Source: the human T2T-CHM13v2.0 reference genome, Homo sapiens
Assembly (NCBI RefSeq): GCF_009914755.1
Contig: NC_060927.1
Strand: one strand, 5' to 3'
Length of the DNA stretch: 64,000 nt
The position numbers and the translations under genes were made by a program. Below the pieces are notes generated by a model, which saw nothing but the letters and a program-made list of their open reading frames with translations, searched no databases and was not told the DNA's origin. Position 1 is the stretch's first letter. Every line of letters starts with the position of its first letter. Positions 1-14,699 of the stretch are shown here, one piece after another.

Positions 1-287
1 AAAAATAGGAATAAATACACAGTAACTGATTTTCTTGAATCATTTTTCTAATCTCCAGTTAAAAACTAAATATATTAGTAGTAACAAAATATGTCACAAC
101 TGTAAGGTGGGTGGGAATAGACATATATAAACTCTGTATACTTAGATCACAGACAAAGGAGTTGAAAGAAGGAATTGGGATTTGTCAGACTCAGTCATGA
201 AAGTGGAACCTCAATTCATTTAAACAATCCAATTACCCACTTTTACTATCCTCTTCATATGTACATATATATACATACATATGTATA

Positions 288-321
288 GTGAAAACTGCAA
301 TTACTTTTGCACCAAACTTAT
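288..321. mobile_element. MADE1 (Hsmar1-derived MITE) half element
   Basis: aaaactgcaattacttttgcaccaaactta matches the MADE1 terminal repeat AAAACCGCAATTACTTTTGCACCAACCTAA; sits in a TA-rich tract. Confidence 0.75.
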
Positions 322-406
322 ATATATATGTGTGTGTGTATGAAGACACACACACATATATAAACTAATGCATTAAAAGTACTCATGATGAAAAATCTTT
401 TAACCA

Positions 407-880
407 TATTTTAGTTTTCTGTTGCTAGGTAGCAAATCATCAGAAATTTAGCAGATTAAAACAACACACTTTTGTTACCTCACTGCTCTGTAGGTCATTT
501 TAAATGGATTCAGCTGAATTCTCTGCTCTAGGCTAAAATCAAAATGTCAGCCATGCAGGGCTCTTATGTAGATGCTCTGGAAAAAATCTGCTTCCAAGTT
601 CGCCCAAGTCTTTGACAGAATCAAGTTCCTTGAAATGAGAGGATTGAGATCTCTGTTTCCTTCCTTGATTTGGGGAGCTACACTTCTTAGGGAAGCTCTC
701 ATTTTTTCCTCACTTGACTCTTTACCTAACGAGGTTGTGTTTGATCCTTCTCGTGCTTCCTATTTCTCTGACATTTCCTTTGCCACCACCCCAAAGAAAT
801 CACTATTTTTAAGGGCTTGTGTGATTACACTGGGCCTACACAGATAATCTAGCATAATCCCTCCATTTTAATGTCGACTA
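407..880 (-). mobile_element. MLT1 (MLT1D/E-like) MaLR solo LTR
   Basis: ttagttttctgttgct...aaaacaacacac and aagggcttgtgtgattacactgggcctacacagataatc match reverse-complement MLT1. Confidence 0.7.
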
Positions 881-2099
881 TGTCATAGAACAATTAGACC
901 TGCACATTTTTAGCAAGTCATTTAAGAAATTCTGCTTACAACAGGTATAAAATTGCATTGCAAGAAGTGCAAAACACAGTGACCACACAATACTGATATA
1001 TTCTTTTATCTTATACTTCCCTACTTTAAAAAAAGAACTTCAATCAGTAGTAGAGTACAGAGGCTATCCATTTAGCTGTAGCTTTATCCAGAAATGAAGA
1101 ATGAGGTCATAATCACGATTGTCTGGCACTGGAACATCTTATGGCTGCCTCTCTGGGATCATTACTGAGATCAATGACTCCTTCCCTCATGTCTTCCACA
1201 TTCAGGTTCATAATCCTTCTAAACTACCAGGATTTCTAATATGTTGCTTTGGTACATGGATTTAAACTTCCATATTTAATGGGCTTAAGAGATAAATATA
1301 GAGATATTTTGTGATCATAAAGGGTTCTTTTTACCCTGTAATTACTATTCTTTACTGAAACTTAGAGACAGACAGAAGCCTTTTGAAAGTGAGCTCATTA
1401 AACCTCAGCCCAATCCCTTTGCCCATGTTTTAAAATGTGGTCTTCATATCCCTAGCAAAAAACTTTTAAAAGAGGAAGAAATAGGACTTTATGATCTCAT
1501 GTTTTTAATAGAAAGTCATGCTGAGTGGACTTTTTAAAAGCATGTTTCTCAGAGATTCTTCAAGTGTTTATATCTACCACTTAGAAAAATGTCTTAGAGA
1601 AGAAAGAATCATAAAACATAAAAGTTCTCTTCTCTTCTACTTTATGTCACTAACTTAACATTATGCTCAAGGAACACCACAAAACTTCTAGTATTCAACA
1701 TTTCAGATTTTTTAATTAAAACACAGTGTATTTATCACACAGCACACAGAGACACAAAGTTGTCAAACATATATATGCAAATTTGTTTATATTTACATGT
1801 ATATTTATATATTTATGTGTATATATTCTAATAATCATCACATACACTAATTCACATTTATACATTTGCATAATTATCTGAAGAAGCATCCACTCAAGTG
1901 TTTAGACAACCAATTATATGTTCCCAAAAGATATTTAATTTTTCAGACTGTCTCTGTGTATTTTAAAAATTCACTGTTTGTAAATACATGACAGTAGATA
2001 TGATAAATTACATTTGACTGTTTCAAGCAGGTCCTTAGTCAAAATGACATATTATATGCTCCTGAAATAATTATATAACATTAAAAATAATTTTCTAAA

Positions 2100-2340
2100 A
2101 AATAAAAATATTTCCTATAACTTCTACAAAACTTTGCTTTTTATCTATAATCCATGTTTACTTGCACACATATTTATAATGTTTCTTGCTTTTCAAATAT
2201 TACTCAAATAACATTATTCCCATAGACACTGCCTATGTTTCTTCCAAATGTGACATAATTATGTTTGACTTTCATTAGTTCATTACCACATATTTTTCAT
2301 TAGGCATTTTAAGTGATTTCCAGTTTGAGTGCACATGTTT
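2100..2340 (-). mobile_element. Old L1 (L1ME-like) fragment
   Basis: Degenerate antisense L1M 3' UTR-like text (ttcattaggcattttaagtgatttccagttt). Confidence 0.35.
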
Positions 2341-2582
2341 TGTGTTTTTTTCTGGTCCGTCTCAATTTTACTAAATCATTACAGATCTTAAAAAATTTTC
2401 TGTAGGTAGCTTTACAAAGTACCTGGTTGAAATTAATATTTTTCTATTATTTTATGTTTTATCTTTTTGGTTCCTTTTCTGCTTCTCTCTACTTGACTGC
2501 TGTCCCAACTGATTCCAGCAAAGTTTGCCCACTTCTAAAATACAGAAGCACAACCAGGGGCTATGATGGTGTTTCTCCATGA

Positions 2583-3125
<543 letters not shown>

Positions 3126-3739
3126 TAATTTATCGATACTTTTTTTTGAAATTTTTAATTTCTAGAAGCAAACTAATAAAAAATGATGATCTATTGGTCA
3201 CTGCATAGCACATTCTCTAAAATGGTATTTCACAAAATCAACACCTATATTCAGACCTATTATTTATAAATGCCTTACAGGAAAGCCAGCCTACATTTTC
3301 TTTCTAAAGCTGAGTTTGCTTAATAATTTGCTTTCTTTTTAAGTGCAGAACTTATTCTCAAGGGGACTTTTCTTGGTGTTCTAACATCTGCTGTAGCTGA
3401 ATCTGAAATGGCATTTGCAATTTATTTGATTTAATATTTGTTAACTAGTGCTGCATTTCACAACAGCATCTACAGTCCAGCTTTTTGTGGGTGTATTTTT
3501 TTTAAAAAAACTATTTTTTAAAACTAAAGGACACTATCATTTATCTAAAAAGGGGCCATCCAGATTTGCCCTCAAGATTACAACTGCTGGGGCTAAAGTG
3601 GTACAGAGCCTGAGTTCAGTAGGCTTCCATAGTCTCACTCAAGAATGCAAGTTTACCTCTCAATCTTTCAATCATCACAATTATAACAACTTTAAAAAGA
3701 GCCAACATGGATATTTTGCCTATCACTTTTCTACTCACA

Positions 3740-3925
3740 TTTCCAGTATTAACTCAAAAGTGTCAAAACAACCTTGTGATAAATACTATTAACGTCATCA
3801 TTCCTACTGTACAGATGATGATAGTGACACATAGGTTAAGTTGCCCAAGGTCTTATTATTAAGGGTCATAGCCAGGATTTGATCTCTTCAGTAAAGTTCT
3901 AGTCAATGCTCTTAACCATTAAGCC
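3740..3925 (-). mobile_element. MIR
   Basis: tacagatga...ggttaagttgcccaaggtc...agccaggatttga...tgctcttaacca is the antisense MIR core. Confidence 0.75.
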
Positions 3926-5821
3926 ATGCAACACACCCAGAGCCAACTGGGTTGTGTTGATGATTATAATATTTGTTTTAACAAACAATAATTTTTCCTA
4001 AATATAATATAGATTTTCCATAAATACCATAAATTCTTGATTATTTATTTCACTTTATTCCAAAAGGAAGTTGAATTCTGAGATTTAAATGAATAGCAAA
4101 CAACAGTTGCTTAATTTCACTACTTTTGTCACTTGTAGCCAGTACTTAAAAAGAGATATATAATTTATTTTTGTTGATTTGCATTTCACATATAATTGTA
4201 AGATCCTGGAGAATAAAGACTATATGTGTTATACCATTTTACTCTCTCACACAGTGTGTAGGCCTAGGCTTTGTGCATAGCAAGTGTTAAAAAGTAATGT
4301 GACTCGTGATAGTTATTAGATTTATTGAAATTCAGAAATTTAGGGAAATGCACAATAAAATGTACATTTTGTGATTCCGGTCAAATTACTTAAAAATTAT
4401 ATTTTTCCTATGAATAATTTTTATTTCACTTAAATTATGTATAACAAAATAACATGCATAATTAAACATTTACCACAAAGAAAATATTTGTACTATTGTT
4501 ATCACAATAAAGAACTTGCTACATAAATTCAATTACAGTTTTGTGGAAAGTATCTTCATTATATAAAAACAATCTACATTTAGAATAGGAAAATTGTACA
4601 AAACATGAAAATATAAACAAATTAAGCGAGAATTATCTAAAAAGCAACTCTTCAGAATTTAGAAGAATTGTCTAAAATAAAAAGAATTTAGAAGAATTAT
4701 CTAAGAAACAACCATAAATATTCTGATGTATTTAAGACTCATATTCTAGAATCCTGACTATTATTTTTTATACTTCTATGGCTAATCTCAAGTTTAGCTT
4801 TATTTTTCTAAAGCAATGAGGCCTGTAGAATATTTTTTCAGAATTCTCTGAGGTTTTTTCTTTTTTGTCTTTCCTGTCATAGTATGCCAATTATTCATGG
4901 GTTTATAGAATATGTATGCACTGCTAAGAGCAGCAAAACAAAAGATATATGTGCTATTTATTAATTCATGTTGCTTTATTTAAATTACTTGAAAATGATA
5001 AAGAAAAAACTATTGTATTTACAACAGCAACCAAATATAGACTACCTGTAACTACATCTAACAGAATAAATAAAATATAACATACAATATGTAGTAAATA
5101 TATTTATAATATATATGTTCACTAAATAGTTAACCTGTAACTTACTTACAGTAAATATATATAATATCTACTGAGATAGTACCACATTTTATTAAGGATT
5201 AAACTTTTAATAATTCAGAAGAATAAATATAATAAATTTCATTTGTTCTCAAACTAATTTGTTTTTATTTGTTTGTTTTTTGTATTTTAATTTGACAGTA
5301 GTTCCAAGATATTTTGGGGTATATAATGAGGTGATAATTGCAAAGAAAATTCTGAAAAGGAAAAGACTAAGCGTGAATTGAAAGTAAAATTCGTTAAAAG
5401 GTATAATAAACTGTGATACTGTAACAATAATTGAAAATAGATAAAGAAAAAGGTAACATCAATAAATAGTCTATTATATATGTGAATTATGTTAATAAAA
5501 GTGACATTTTATTTTCAATCCACAATTTCTGAAATATATATGGCAATATTTTTCTGTTTTATTTTTTCAACCTCTGATTACTTTATTACATTTTTTTCTT
5601 TTTCTAGAATTTACTTGTATTTTCTCTGTGTCTAATATATGATTATTTCTGAACTAGCATCATTGGTCCTGGAACCAGACTATATTATTCCCAAGGTAGA
5701 GCATCAAAATATAACAATTAAATAAATACTTTTAGTTACTTTAACAACCTTTTGTCTTTCATTATAATTTTGGAATTATAGTTTAGTACAATACAGATAG
5801 TTTTAATATCTGTTAGAGTGA

Positions 5822-6128
<307 letters not shown>

Positions 6129-9100
6129 CGAAGATATTTTTACTAAAGTCACACAGGTATACTTGTACATTTTGTTCCCATGTTGTTCAGCACAAAGTGA
6201 TTCCCAGCATTTGTATCTTCAGTCTGAATTGTGTACTGTAGGAATCTAAATCCCTTAATCCTTTGCAGGTTGATTTTAATTTTGCTTGTCTGTTTTTCAT
6301 GGGAACGTAGGGTTTACGTGACCTTGTATGATTTTTGGTCGCAAGCAATCAAGAGAGTATGTAATAAGAATCCACGTGTCCTTTGACTAAAATCTCTCAA
6401 TTTTGTTCAAAAGTAGCAGATGTGTTCTCTACACCCACATACACATTGATCTAGTCTCTTTCTCATACAGCAGGACAGCCTGACAGAGGGCAAGGATAGC
6501 TTGCCATGTTTTCTCTTCTGACCACAAGTTTATATAGCTTGTCAAAGATTTCTGATGGTCATTTTATTTTAGCTCTTCCTGTTTATTCATTTTTGCTAGA
6601 GACTTGAGGAGTGTTTCTGGAGGGCAGGAAATATATTTTGAATGTTAACTGAGTAGGAATTTACTTGCGACTTTTGTTTTCAGTTGAGTTGATTCTGTGT
6701 TGAGTTAAAGATATTAATTCTGACCTACTCATAGAGTTCATTTCACCCTGTCTACTGAAGAGATTAATTAAATACACCATTATAGTGAATATATTTGATC
6801 TTATATTTGCCATGTGGTTCTATGATGTCTGCTTATTGCTTCCTTGTTGTTTCTTTTGTTTATTATGACTCTACCTGGTCTTATACCTTCTCTGTAAGTT
6901 TCATCTGGGATGTATAAGCAGCCAGCTGCTATCAGTTGTTCATTCCATATTAGAACTGAAACGCATTCAGTTCTAAGTATTAAAGAGTAGTCAGAGTTGA
7001 AGACATGATTCAGATATAACTAGTTTAGTTAAGCATGAAATTTTAACCAACCAAGATCCATTATGAGACAGTACTTGTCTAAGAAAGGAAAAAGCTGGGT
7101 CCAGCTACTTCTGCAGAAGACGGAACTTCATATATAATAAATAAGCTTCTCATCTTTCCCCCCATCGAGCTATTTACTTGAAATATGTTTTAAAGAGTGG
7201 TGGGTAGATTATTAAATCAGGCAATGTGCAATTCTAATATGCCTCTCCAAGGTAGTAAATGAACAATAAGATGAGGGGCAGTTTGGTTTGTAGAACGTTT
7301 AAAAGTCCAATAGAGAAAATGACAGACTAGGTCCCAGCTAGCTCATCTTCTTTTACCAATTATTTTGATCAAAAGTTGAGACAAATAGCCATGGGGGGTC
7401 AATTACCCAAGGGCAAATCCCAATTGCTATAAGACTATCTTTTGACTTGACAAATTGCAGCGATGCAAAAATAAAATTGTTTACTATCATGTTAGCCTAC
7501 GGGACCTCTAAAAGTCATAGCTTGAATTCTGATTTCAAAGTTCAGTGATTCAAACAACTCCTGAAGCCAGAAGTAAACACTTCAATGAAAAATTATTGTT
7601 AAAGTATTCATCAGACTTTATTTTTAATGGTTTAACTTTTTATAAATGTATTGGATCAGTTTATTTGCTATCTACAATATGCCAAATCAATTTCTGAAAC
7701 AGAAATGCACTTATTCTTAATAGGGTAGTTGGCTTTGTATCATTGTCTGCCTTATTGTCAGGCATAGCAATCAATACTACGTAGTATGATTTGAGCAGAG
7801 TGGGGAAAGCTCTCTATGAAAGTACTTTTTTTTTCTTAACCTGGTGTCAAAGTGACTGAAGGTCTACTACTCAAGACTAATTTTGTTTGACAGGTCAGTG
7901 CCCACTCTAGTTGAACTGCCTTAAATGAAAATATCCCTCACTGGCAAACACTTCAAGTCACTGGCAGTTTAGTGTTACATATTTTTCTCTTCTTTTCTCA
8001 TGCTGGTAGCAGGGAACCCAGCTTCATCAGAATCCTGAGCATGGACTAAAGAAAGGAAAGTTAAAAGACTCAGAGAATTAAGTGACACAAAAGCAGTATG
8101 AGGAAGTTGCAAGGAAATTCATTCTTTTTAAAAATATATTTAAACATAGATCCTCCAAATCTGTCAGTGGTACTGATATTCCTAAATCTCATTTGCCCAA
8201 GAGTGAGTCACAACTCTTACTAGAGTTTCCCATAGCTCAATTCATAGAAGGCGGTAATGTTTTGCCAAAAATTTACTAAAACCTCTCACTTTGTAGAAGA
8301 AAGTTAAACACAGAGCTAATCTAATAACCCTGATGACCAGATATGTCATATTCTCAATAGTCCTTTGGGTGCCTTTCATCTTCCTGAATCTTAAAATCTT
8401 GAATGTGTTTACATTCTGGAAGTTATAAACTTTTCACCTTCTTTGTCTTCTGTATGCCTGCCACTGACTATATGGAAAACGAGTAGAAAAATCTCATCTG
8501 TTCTGAAGCAGTTTCAAGTTGGTGCTCTCTATCTAAAATATCTGTGTAGCAAAGTTAAAATGAATTATCAAAGATACTTATTTATCACTAACACAGACAC
8601 AGAAATGTACCTAAAGTGGAGGCAAGTGATATGAAAACAGAGATCAGCATAAATGACAGAAACATTCTGAAAAAGTGCATACTTTCTGCTATTGTTGATA
8701 GTGTGGTTTTATATTTCTTTAATATGATGATCATTTTTATCCACATAGAACATAGTTCTTTAGAGATCTGAGGAACTGATGAAGCTCAGTTATTGTAGCA
8801 TCTAAAATTCACAGGTTCATGGTGACTTCCACTTTTCAACTTGGTCTTGACTTTTTTAAGTGACTAAATAAAACAAGTGAATCAATATTTAAAGAAAGTT
8901 TTCCTTGCCTTGATTTTGTTTTTATTAAACTTATTGAAGTTTGAGATGAGGAGAAAGATGTGCTTTTACAGAATGAAGCCTTCAGTGGGATGCTTAAAAT
9001 ACCTTAGGACTTTTCTTTTTTTCTTCACTGCTTGATTAAAACTACAGGCTGAAGCAAGAAAAAATGAGTGAGCTCAACTCATTCTTTCTAGATTTAGGTA

Positions 9101-9623
9101 CTTAACAGAGTCTGCTGCATTATGTTGGTAAGGACCAATTTGACCTTACGCATGGGTAAAGAGGTTAAAGATTATTGAAGGCATAGAAAAGACCTTGTTG
9201 CTCAGATAGCCAAAGTGATACACTAGCCACTCTTTTTTTCTCTTTGTAAGTTAACTCTTTGTCTCCCTTCTCTCCTTATCACTGATACATAGTGCTAACA
9301 AGTGGTCTGATTCGTTGTCTTAGATCTACATCAAGGCACCAAAGTAATGCCTGCATATATAGTATCTTTAGTATTTTTTTGCCCCTTCCTTTACTGCAGT
9401 ACCTGCATGTTTGTCCTCACAGCTTACATAGGAAGACAAGTACCATCCACATGCACATAGCCTCCATGATCATGAATTATAGAATATGATGCTACCATCG
9501 ATTATGTATCCCAGGCGAGAGATACTGGTGTTAGCCTCAGTACTAGGGTTCAGTGAGTAAACTTGCCATAATGGATGAAACTCTATGCATACATAATTTA
9601 TACCCATATCTTTTAATTTGGGT

Positions 9624-9659
9624 AAATAATAATAATAATAATTATTATTATTATTATTT
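9624..9659. repeat. Perfect 36-bp palindrome, (AAT)n followed by (TTA)n
   Basis: aaataataataataataa followed directly by its reverse complement ttattattattattattt. Confidence 0.95.
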
Positions 9660-10369
9660 TGATCCTCAACTTACCATCTCCCCTAGCCCTACTGAACTCA
9701 TTCTGAATAAGACATTAATTATGAAACACTTAGCATTTTTAATATATAAAAGATTATATGCCAGGCCCTACAGTTCCAAATGGAAAACTGAGGCATAGAA
9801 AGTTTATGTAACGCATAATACAATTATTGGGTGTAAGAAAGAATAGAAAGGGAAGAAAGGAAGGAAAGAAGCCATGTCATATTGCCGACTCCCAGAAAAC
9901 TTAATTGCAAGACAGAAGAAAATTTTTTTCTAATAAAATTTAATCAAGATTTCTTCAATTTTAGCTAAAAAATAAAATTTAGGACTTTGGAATTTGCTAA
10001 AAAATAGTTGATTGCTACTCTGGAAGAAACTATTACTTCCTTCAACTTTTTTTCCCCGTTTGACTTAGAATTCTCAGTAAGGACAGCTTTTGCTCCAATG
10101 TACAATTGACCACATTAAAGTCTCACAAAGAGGAGAAGAGACTGGTTGGGGGTGGAGGGAAGAAAGGCAACAAAGAATAGGCAGTGGAAAGTATCTAGGA
10201 GGTCAAGAAAATGAGAAAAAAAAAAGAATTTAGAGACAAAGTGTCAGTATGCAAGTCTCAATTGTCTGTTACTGACTGTGTGGTCATCAGAAAGGTGTTT
10301 TTCTTTGATAAAAGCATTATGTTTGTCTGTGAATTTAGTATAATAATAAGAAGAAGACATATGTCTATT

Positions 10370-10750
10370 CTTCCATAAATATTTTTGAATGCTTACACTG
10401 TGGTAGGCTATATGTTTGACTCCTGGGATACAATGATGGGCAAAAATGGTCACTTGCTCAGCACTCAAGGAATTTACAATAGAATAAAGGAGAAATCCTA
10501 TAATTAAATGGTCACAACAATATTCCAATATTATGACTGAGATATGTGCTATTAACAAAAATTTAAATTAGGACTAATCACTTAGGGAAATAGGAGGTAG
10601 TTATGAGTTGAGGGGCGATTTGAAAGAAGAGTAGAAATTAACAAGGTTTGTCTGATTTGAGATGACAAGTATTACTACCGGGGGATAGAAATAATTGAAA
10701 GACCCTATCATAGGAAGGAGCATGCTTTTTTTTAAGAAATGGAAAATTAT
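10370..10750 (-). mobile_element. L2 3' fragment
   Basis: aaatatttttgaatgcttacactgtggtaggc...ctgggatacaatgatg...ctcaaggaatttacaat matches antisense L2 3' end. Confidence 0.6.
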
Positions 10751-12149
10751 GAGCGTGTTGTAAAAGAAAGATCGAAAAGAAAGATGAAACCCAGATTGTC
10801 AACAGTAATTTACTTCATATGCATCATGGCTACAATACATGAGAAAATGCTTGTCTAAGTACTTGGCAAACATACAGTTCTACATAAGCATTTGATATTT
10901 TTGCAATGTTAATCCTGAAAGATTAGTTCTATTCCAGCAAGTGTAATAAGACTAAAATGTAGGAACACAAAAATTAATTTTAATTTAAGTAACCTATGAG
11001 ATTCTAGACTGGAATATTATATTATTGTGATATCAGTCTTAAATCGATCCAAAAACAATTTTCATAATCACATTGAAAAAATTGCCTTTTGACCGCTGAG
11101 GAACTGCACAGGTGATCCCCAGACCTGACTTGGTGCACTATGTTTAACAGGAATGAGAAAGAAAGCAACAAGCTACAAAAAAAAAAAAAAATGCAACAAT
11201 TATGGTGGGTACACAATTACACTATCTACCTTTTATTTATAAAGGATACTTACTAATCATTAAGGAAAAAGTTTGCTTTCTAATAAAAAACTGTTATAAG
11301 AATGTCTGCTTGTAATTATCCCAAGAAGAAATCTGAATGATCATTAAATGCAGATTCCACACAAGAATATTGCATTTGCTTTCACTCATAAATAATGCCC
11401 CTTTTAGCTTCTTAAAACAAGTAATTGAGCACCTTTTTTCAGGTTACATTTCCTTCTTTGTTTTAATAAACACGTCTAGGGTCATACCATGTCATAGAAC
11501 GAAACCAATCAATGCTTTCGGGCCCACAAGTTGTTATTGCAAGGCTTAGGATTAAAAGGTCGGCTATTCTGAACCATCAGTGAAAATTTTCTTAGCCTAT
11601 TTTTGGTTTGAAGGGGATGTTTATAACTCATTTATTCCCTCACAGTTTCAGAGAGGGCCAAAGCCTTTGGTGGAAAGAGCCTTAACATCATCGGATGAAT
11701 AATAATGAGTTTAAAACATTTTCACATTACTGTTGTTATAAAATTATTTAACTGATATAAATAGTTTTATTAAAGACACCTGGAAAACAGGATAAAAATA
11801 ATTCATCTAATTTCAAGTGTCAGAATGATCCATGGAAAAACATTTTTAAATGGGTGCTATGCCTTTTTTAGAGTTATTCTGTGAGGACAAAAATCTAGTT
11901 TAGTAGCAAAGACTGAGAAAGATGTTCAACCAACGAAAATATTGAATATGGACATTAGAGATAAAGGAAAGCATACAGATATTCTTATAACAGCTGATAA
12001 TTAAAAACAGAGAGCTCAAAAATAATGTGGTGCTACTTTGGAAAGAAAGGCCTATTGCTTGGGCACCTAGGTCTTGGCTCTGCCTATCATCTCTCTGCCT
12101 GACATGCAGCCAGACATGAAATACACATCACTCTGGCATCTTAGTCTAT

Positions 12150-12540
12150 CTTTATTTTTCATTTTAGCATCCCAGTCCATTCTCATGCCTGACAATTGCA
12201 ATATTGGCCCAATTGGTCTGGCAGCCCCCAGCCTCAATTTGCAATTGACCCTAGGCATGTCGATAGAATCACCTAATCAGAACAACATTTTTCCTAACTG
12301 TTCTCTATGCTCAAAAGCCTTCAATGGCTGATCTTTGCATACAGGATAAGTTCGAAATATTTAATAATATCCAAAGTCCTTCTCAGTTGAAATATTATCT
12401 TCCTTTTATATGCCACAGTGATAAAATTTACACTAATTTTGAAGAGAAGAGTGATTTCAAAAAAATATAAAATTATTGGAAAGTGATTGCCTCAGTGCCT
12501 TGTGATTAGTATACATTTGATAAATGTTTGCTGATTAAAT
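12150..12540 (+). mobile_element. L2 fragment
   Basis: tgctcaaaagccttcaatggct and terminal ataaatgtttgctgattaaat are L2 motifs. Confidence 0.6.
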
Positions 12541-13098
12541 TTAATTGTACATTCTTTCTTACTTCTTCCTGCCATAATATTCTTTACCACAAACATTTCA
12601 GGGTATTTTTCTTGACCATAACCTTTGCTGTGAAACAATTGTATTCTGTAAAATGTTACTCTTCCCCACCCCCGGCCACTATTCCAGCTGTGGAGCCATC
12701 TGTGGAAATTTCATCCAGAGAGGCCTCTCTGTATATTTTTCTCAGAAGCCTAGTCACTAATCCTCTACAAACAAAGATGTGAACTCAGTCTAATCTTATA
12801 ATGATTGAACAGGGTAGGAGAAGGGGAGAAAAGTGAATTAGTACACTTAAAGGAGGAAAAAGAAGAAACAGGAGGTACTTTAGCGCTTCTTCTAGGGTCT
12901 TAAAAATGAGTCCAAACACATCTATTATTGAGATGAATTTAATTTATTTCTAAACAACCAGTTCTGTGAATCTGAATATAAGAAATTGTTTATTCTCTGA
13001 TTAGTATAACTTTTATTCTAGTTCTTAACAACTACTGTTGTTACACTAATATGTGTTCTGGAATAAAATAAGTGTTCTAGTTCTTAATTAATTCTCTG

Positions 13099-13102
<4 letters not shown>

Positions 13103-13130
<28 letters not shown>
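13103..13130. repeat. (AC)14 microsatellite
   Basis: Read directly. Confidence 0.95.
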
Positions 13131-13135
<5 letters not shown>

Positions 13136-13541
13136 GCCACTGAAATTCTGAACTGACTTGATCATGCAAAAAGATATGCCTGTATTGTTCAACAAGAAAT
13201 TATGGTATGGATGGGTGCTTCATTTAACCCCACACATATATGCACGATATTCTATGATGTAGGCACTAATTTACCCCATACTGAGAGAAAAGGACAGAAA
13301 ATAAAGAGCAGAATAAACTTGTTAAAATGCAGAAATCCCACTCACAGAAAAGAGGAGACCTCATGTCTACATTTGGATACTGAAGGCTTCCAAATTGCAG
13401 TTTTCCTGTAACCCTTTATTGTCTTATAAATCCCTCTTTTCTTTTGTTTACATTTAATTCATTTTTGCCTCTTTTAACCGTGGACATCTAACAGAGATTA
13501 TCCCATCATTCTTCCCTAAATATCAGATATCCAATATGCAT

Positions 13542-13634
13542 TTCCTTAAGAGATGGGTCTCACTGTCTTATCCAGGCTGGACTCCAACTCCTGGGTTCAA
13601 GGGATTCTCCCACCTCAGTCTCCATAGTAGATAG
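13542..13634 (-). mobile_element. Truncated Alu monomer (FLAM/FAM-like)
   Basis: agagatgggtctcact...ccaggctggactccaactcctgggttcaag; caatatgcat repeated on both sides as TSD. Confidence 0.75.
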
Positions 13635-13749
13635 TCAATATGCATCTTTATCTCCAATTATTTGTTAATTATTTTTTTCTTCTAAAGTTTTTTTTCCCTT
13701 CTGTTCAGCTATTACTTCAAATATGAAATAAAATCTCTTTCTTCCAGGC

Positions 13750-14015
13750 TTTCTTCCGGGAAGCTTTCCCCAACACCTGCAACTTTAAGTGATCAATCTC
13801 TCACTGAACTGTGACACTGTTGTATGTACTATTCATTTAGCACCTAATTTTCACTCCTTCATTTGACAGTTTTGTCTGTGAATATCTATCCTCCCACATC
13901 TGATTGTAATCCCTCAATCGTAGTTACCAGGTTTTAAGCATGTTTCTATATTGAATGTAAACTGCAGTGCTCTGAAACGTCTTTATACTTCACAAAACTC
14001 AGTTGACTATGAAGA
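13750..14015 (+). mobile_element. L2 (L2c-like) fragment
   Basis: cttccgggaagctttccc...gtactattcatttagcac...gattgtaatccctcaa. Confidence 0.5.
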
Positions 14016-14699
14016 TGATAAGAGGACTAAGAGAAAGTTACAGGAGTTTTAAATGACCATGGGGTTAATGTTTCTCAAAATGTGATTTGAAGAAGACCCG
14101 TCCTTCGAATTTGAAAAACTGATTATCTGGGATCTAAATTTTTTAACAGGTAGTTCTACTTGATTAATAGGCACCCACTACTTCATGAACTGACCAGATA
14201 GCCATGAAATTCTACAACTGGCAAGAGCCATAAATGTTTGCTACTAATTTCTCACTAAAAGCAAGATAAAAATACTGAACATATATGTATTATATTAGTG
14301 AGGTACAGGAGCACTAAGTTTTGGTCATTGGGACTGGGATTCCAGGTATTTCACATCATGCTGTGTAGTATCTTATGCCACCCCTATTACAAAGCTGAAT
14401 CTGCAGATACTGTACAAAAGTTTTATGCCACAGCCTACAAGGGAGAAAAGATTATTTTCAAGCAACTTTCTGGATGGTATTGTAGAAGGACTTTGAAAAA
14501 GAGAAATATATTGATTTCCAATGTCACTGTGTTTTGCTTACAAAGGAGTTTTCAGAGTTATTTCAAATATTGGAAACACATGAGATGAATATAATTTTTA
14601 GTGGGTATAAGTCTTCAAAAATACAATGAGAAATTTCTGATTAGGCTCTTTACCAAACATAGCTGACAAAGGCACGTTTTCACCTCAGACATCCCATTT

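Noticed and set aside
3928-3959. Small hairpin caacacacccag-N6-ctgggttgtgttg
   Set aside because: A 12-bp bulged stem is plausible by chance in 64 kb and has no other support
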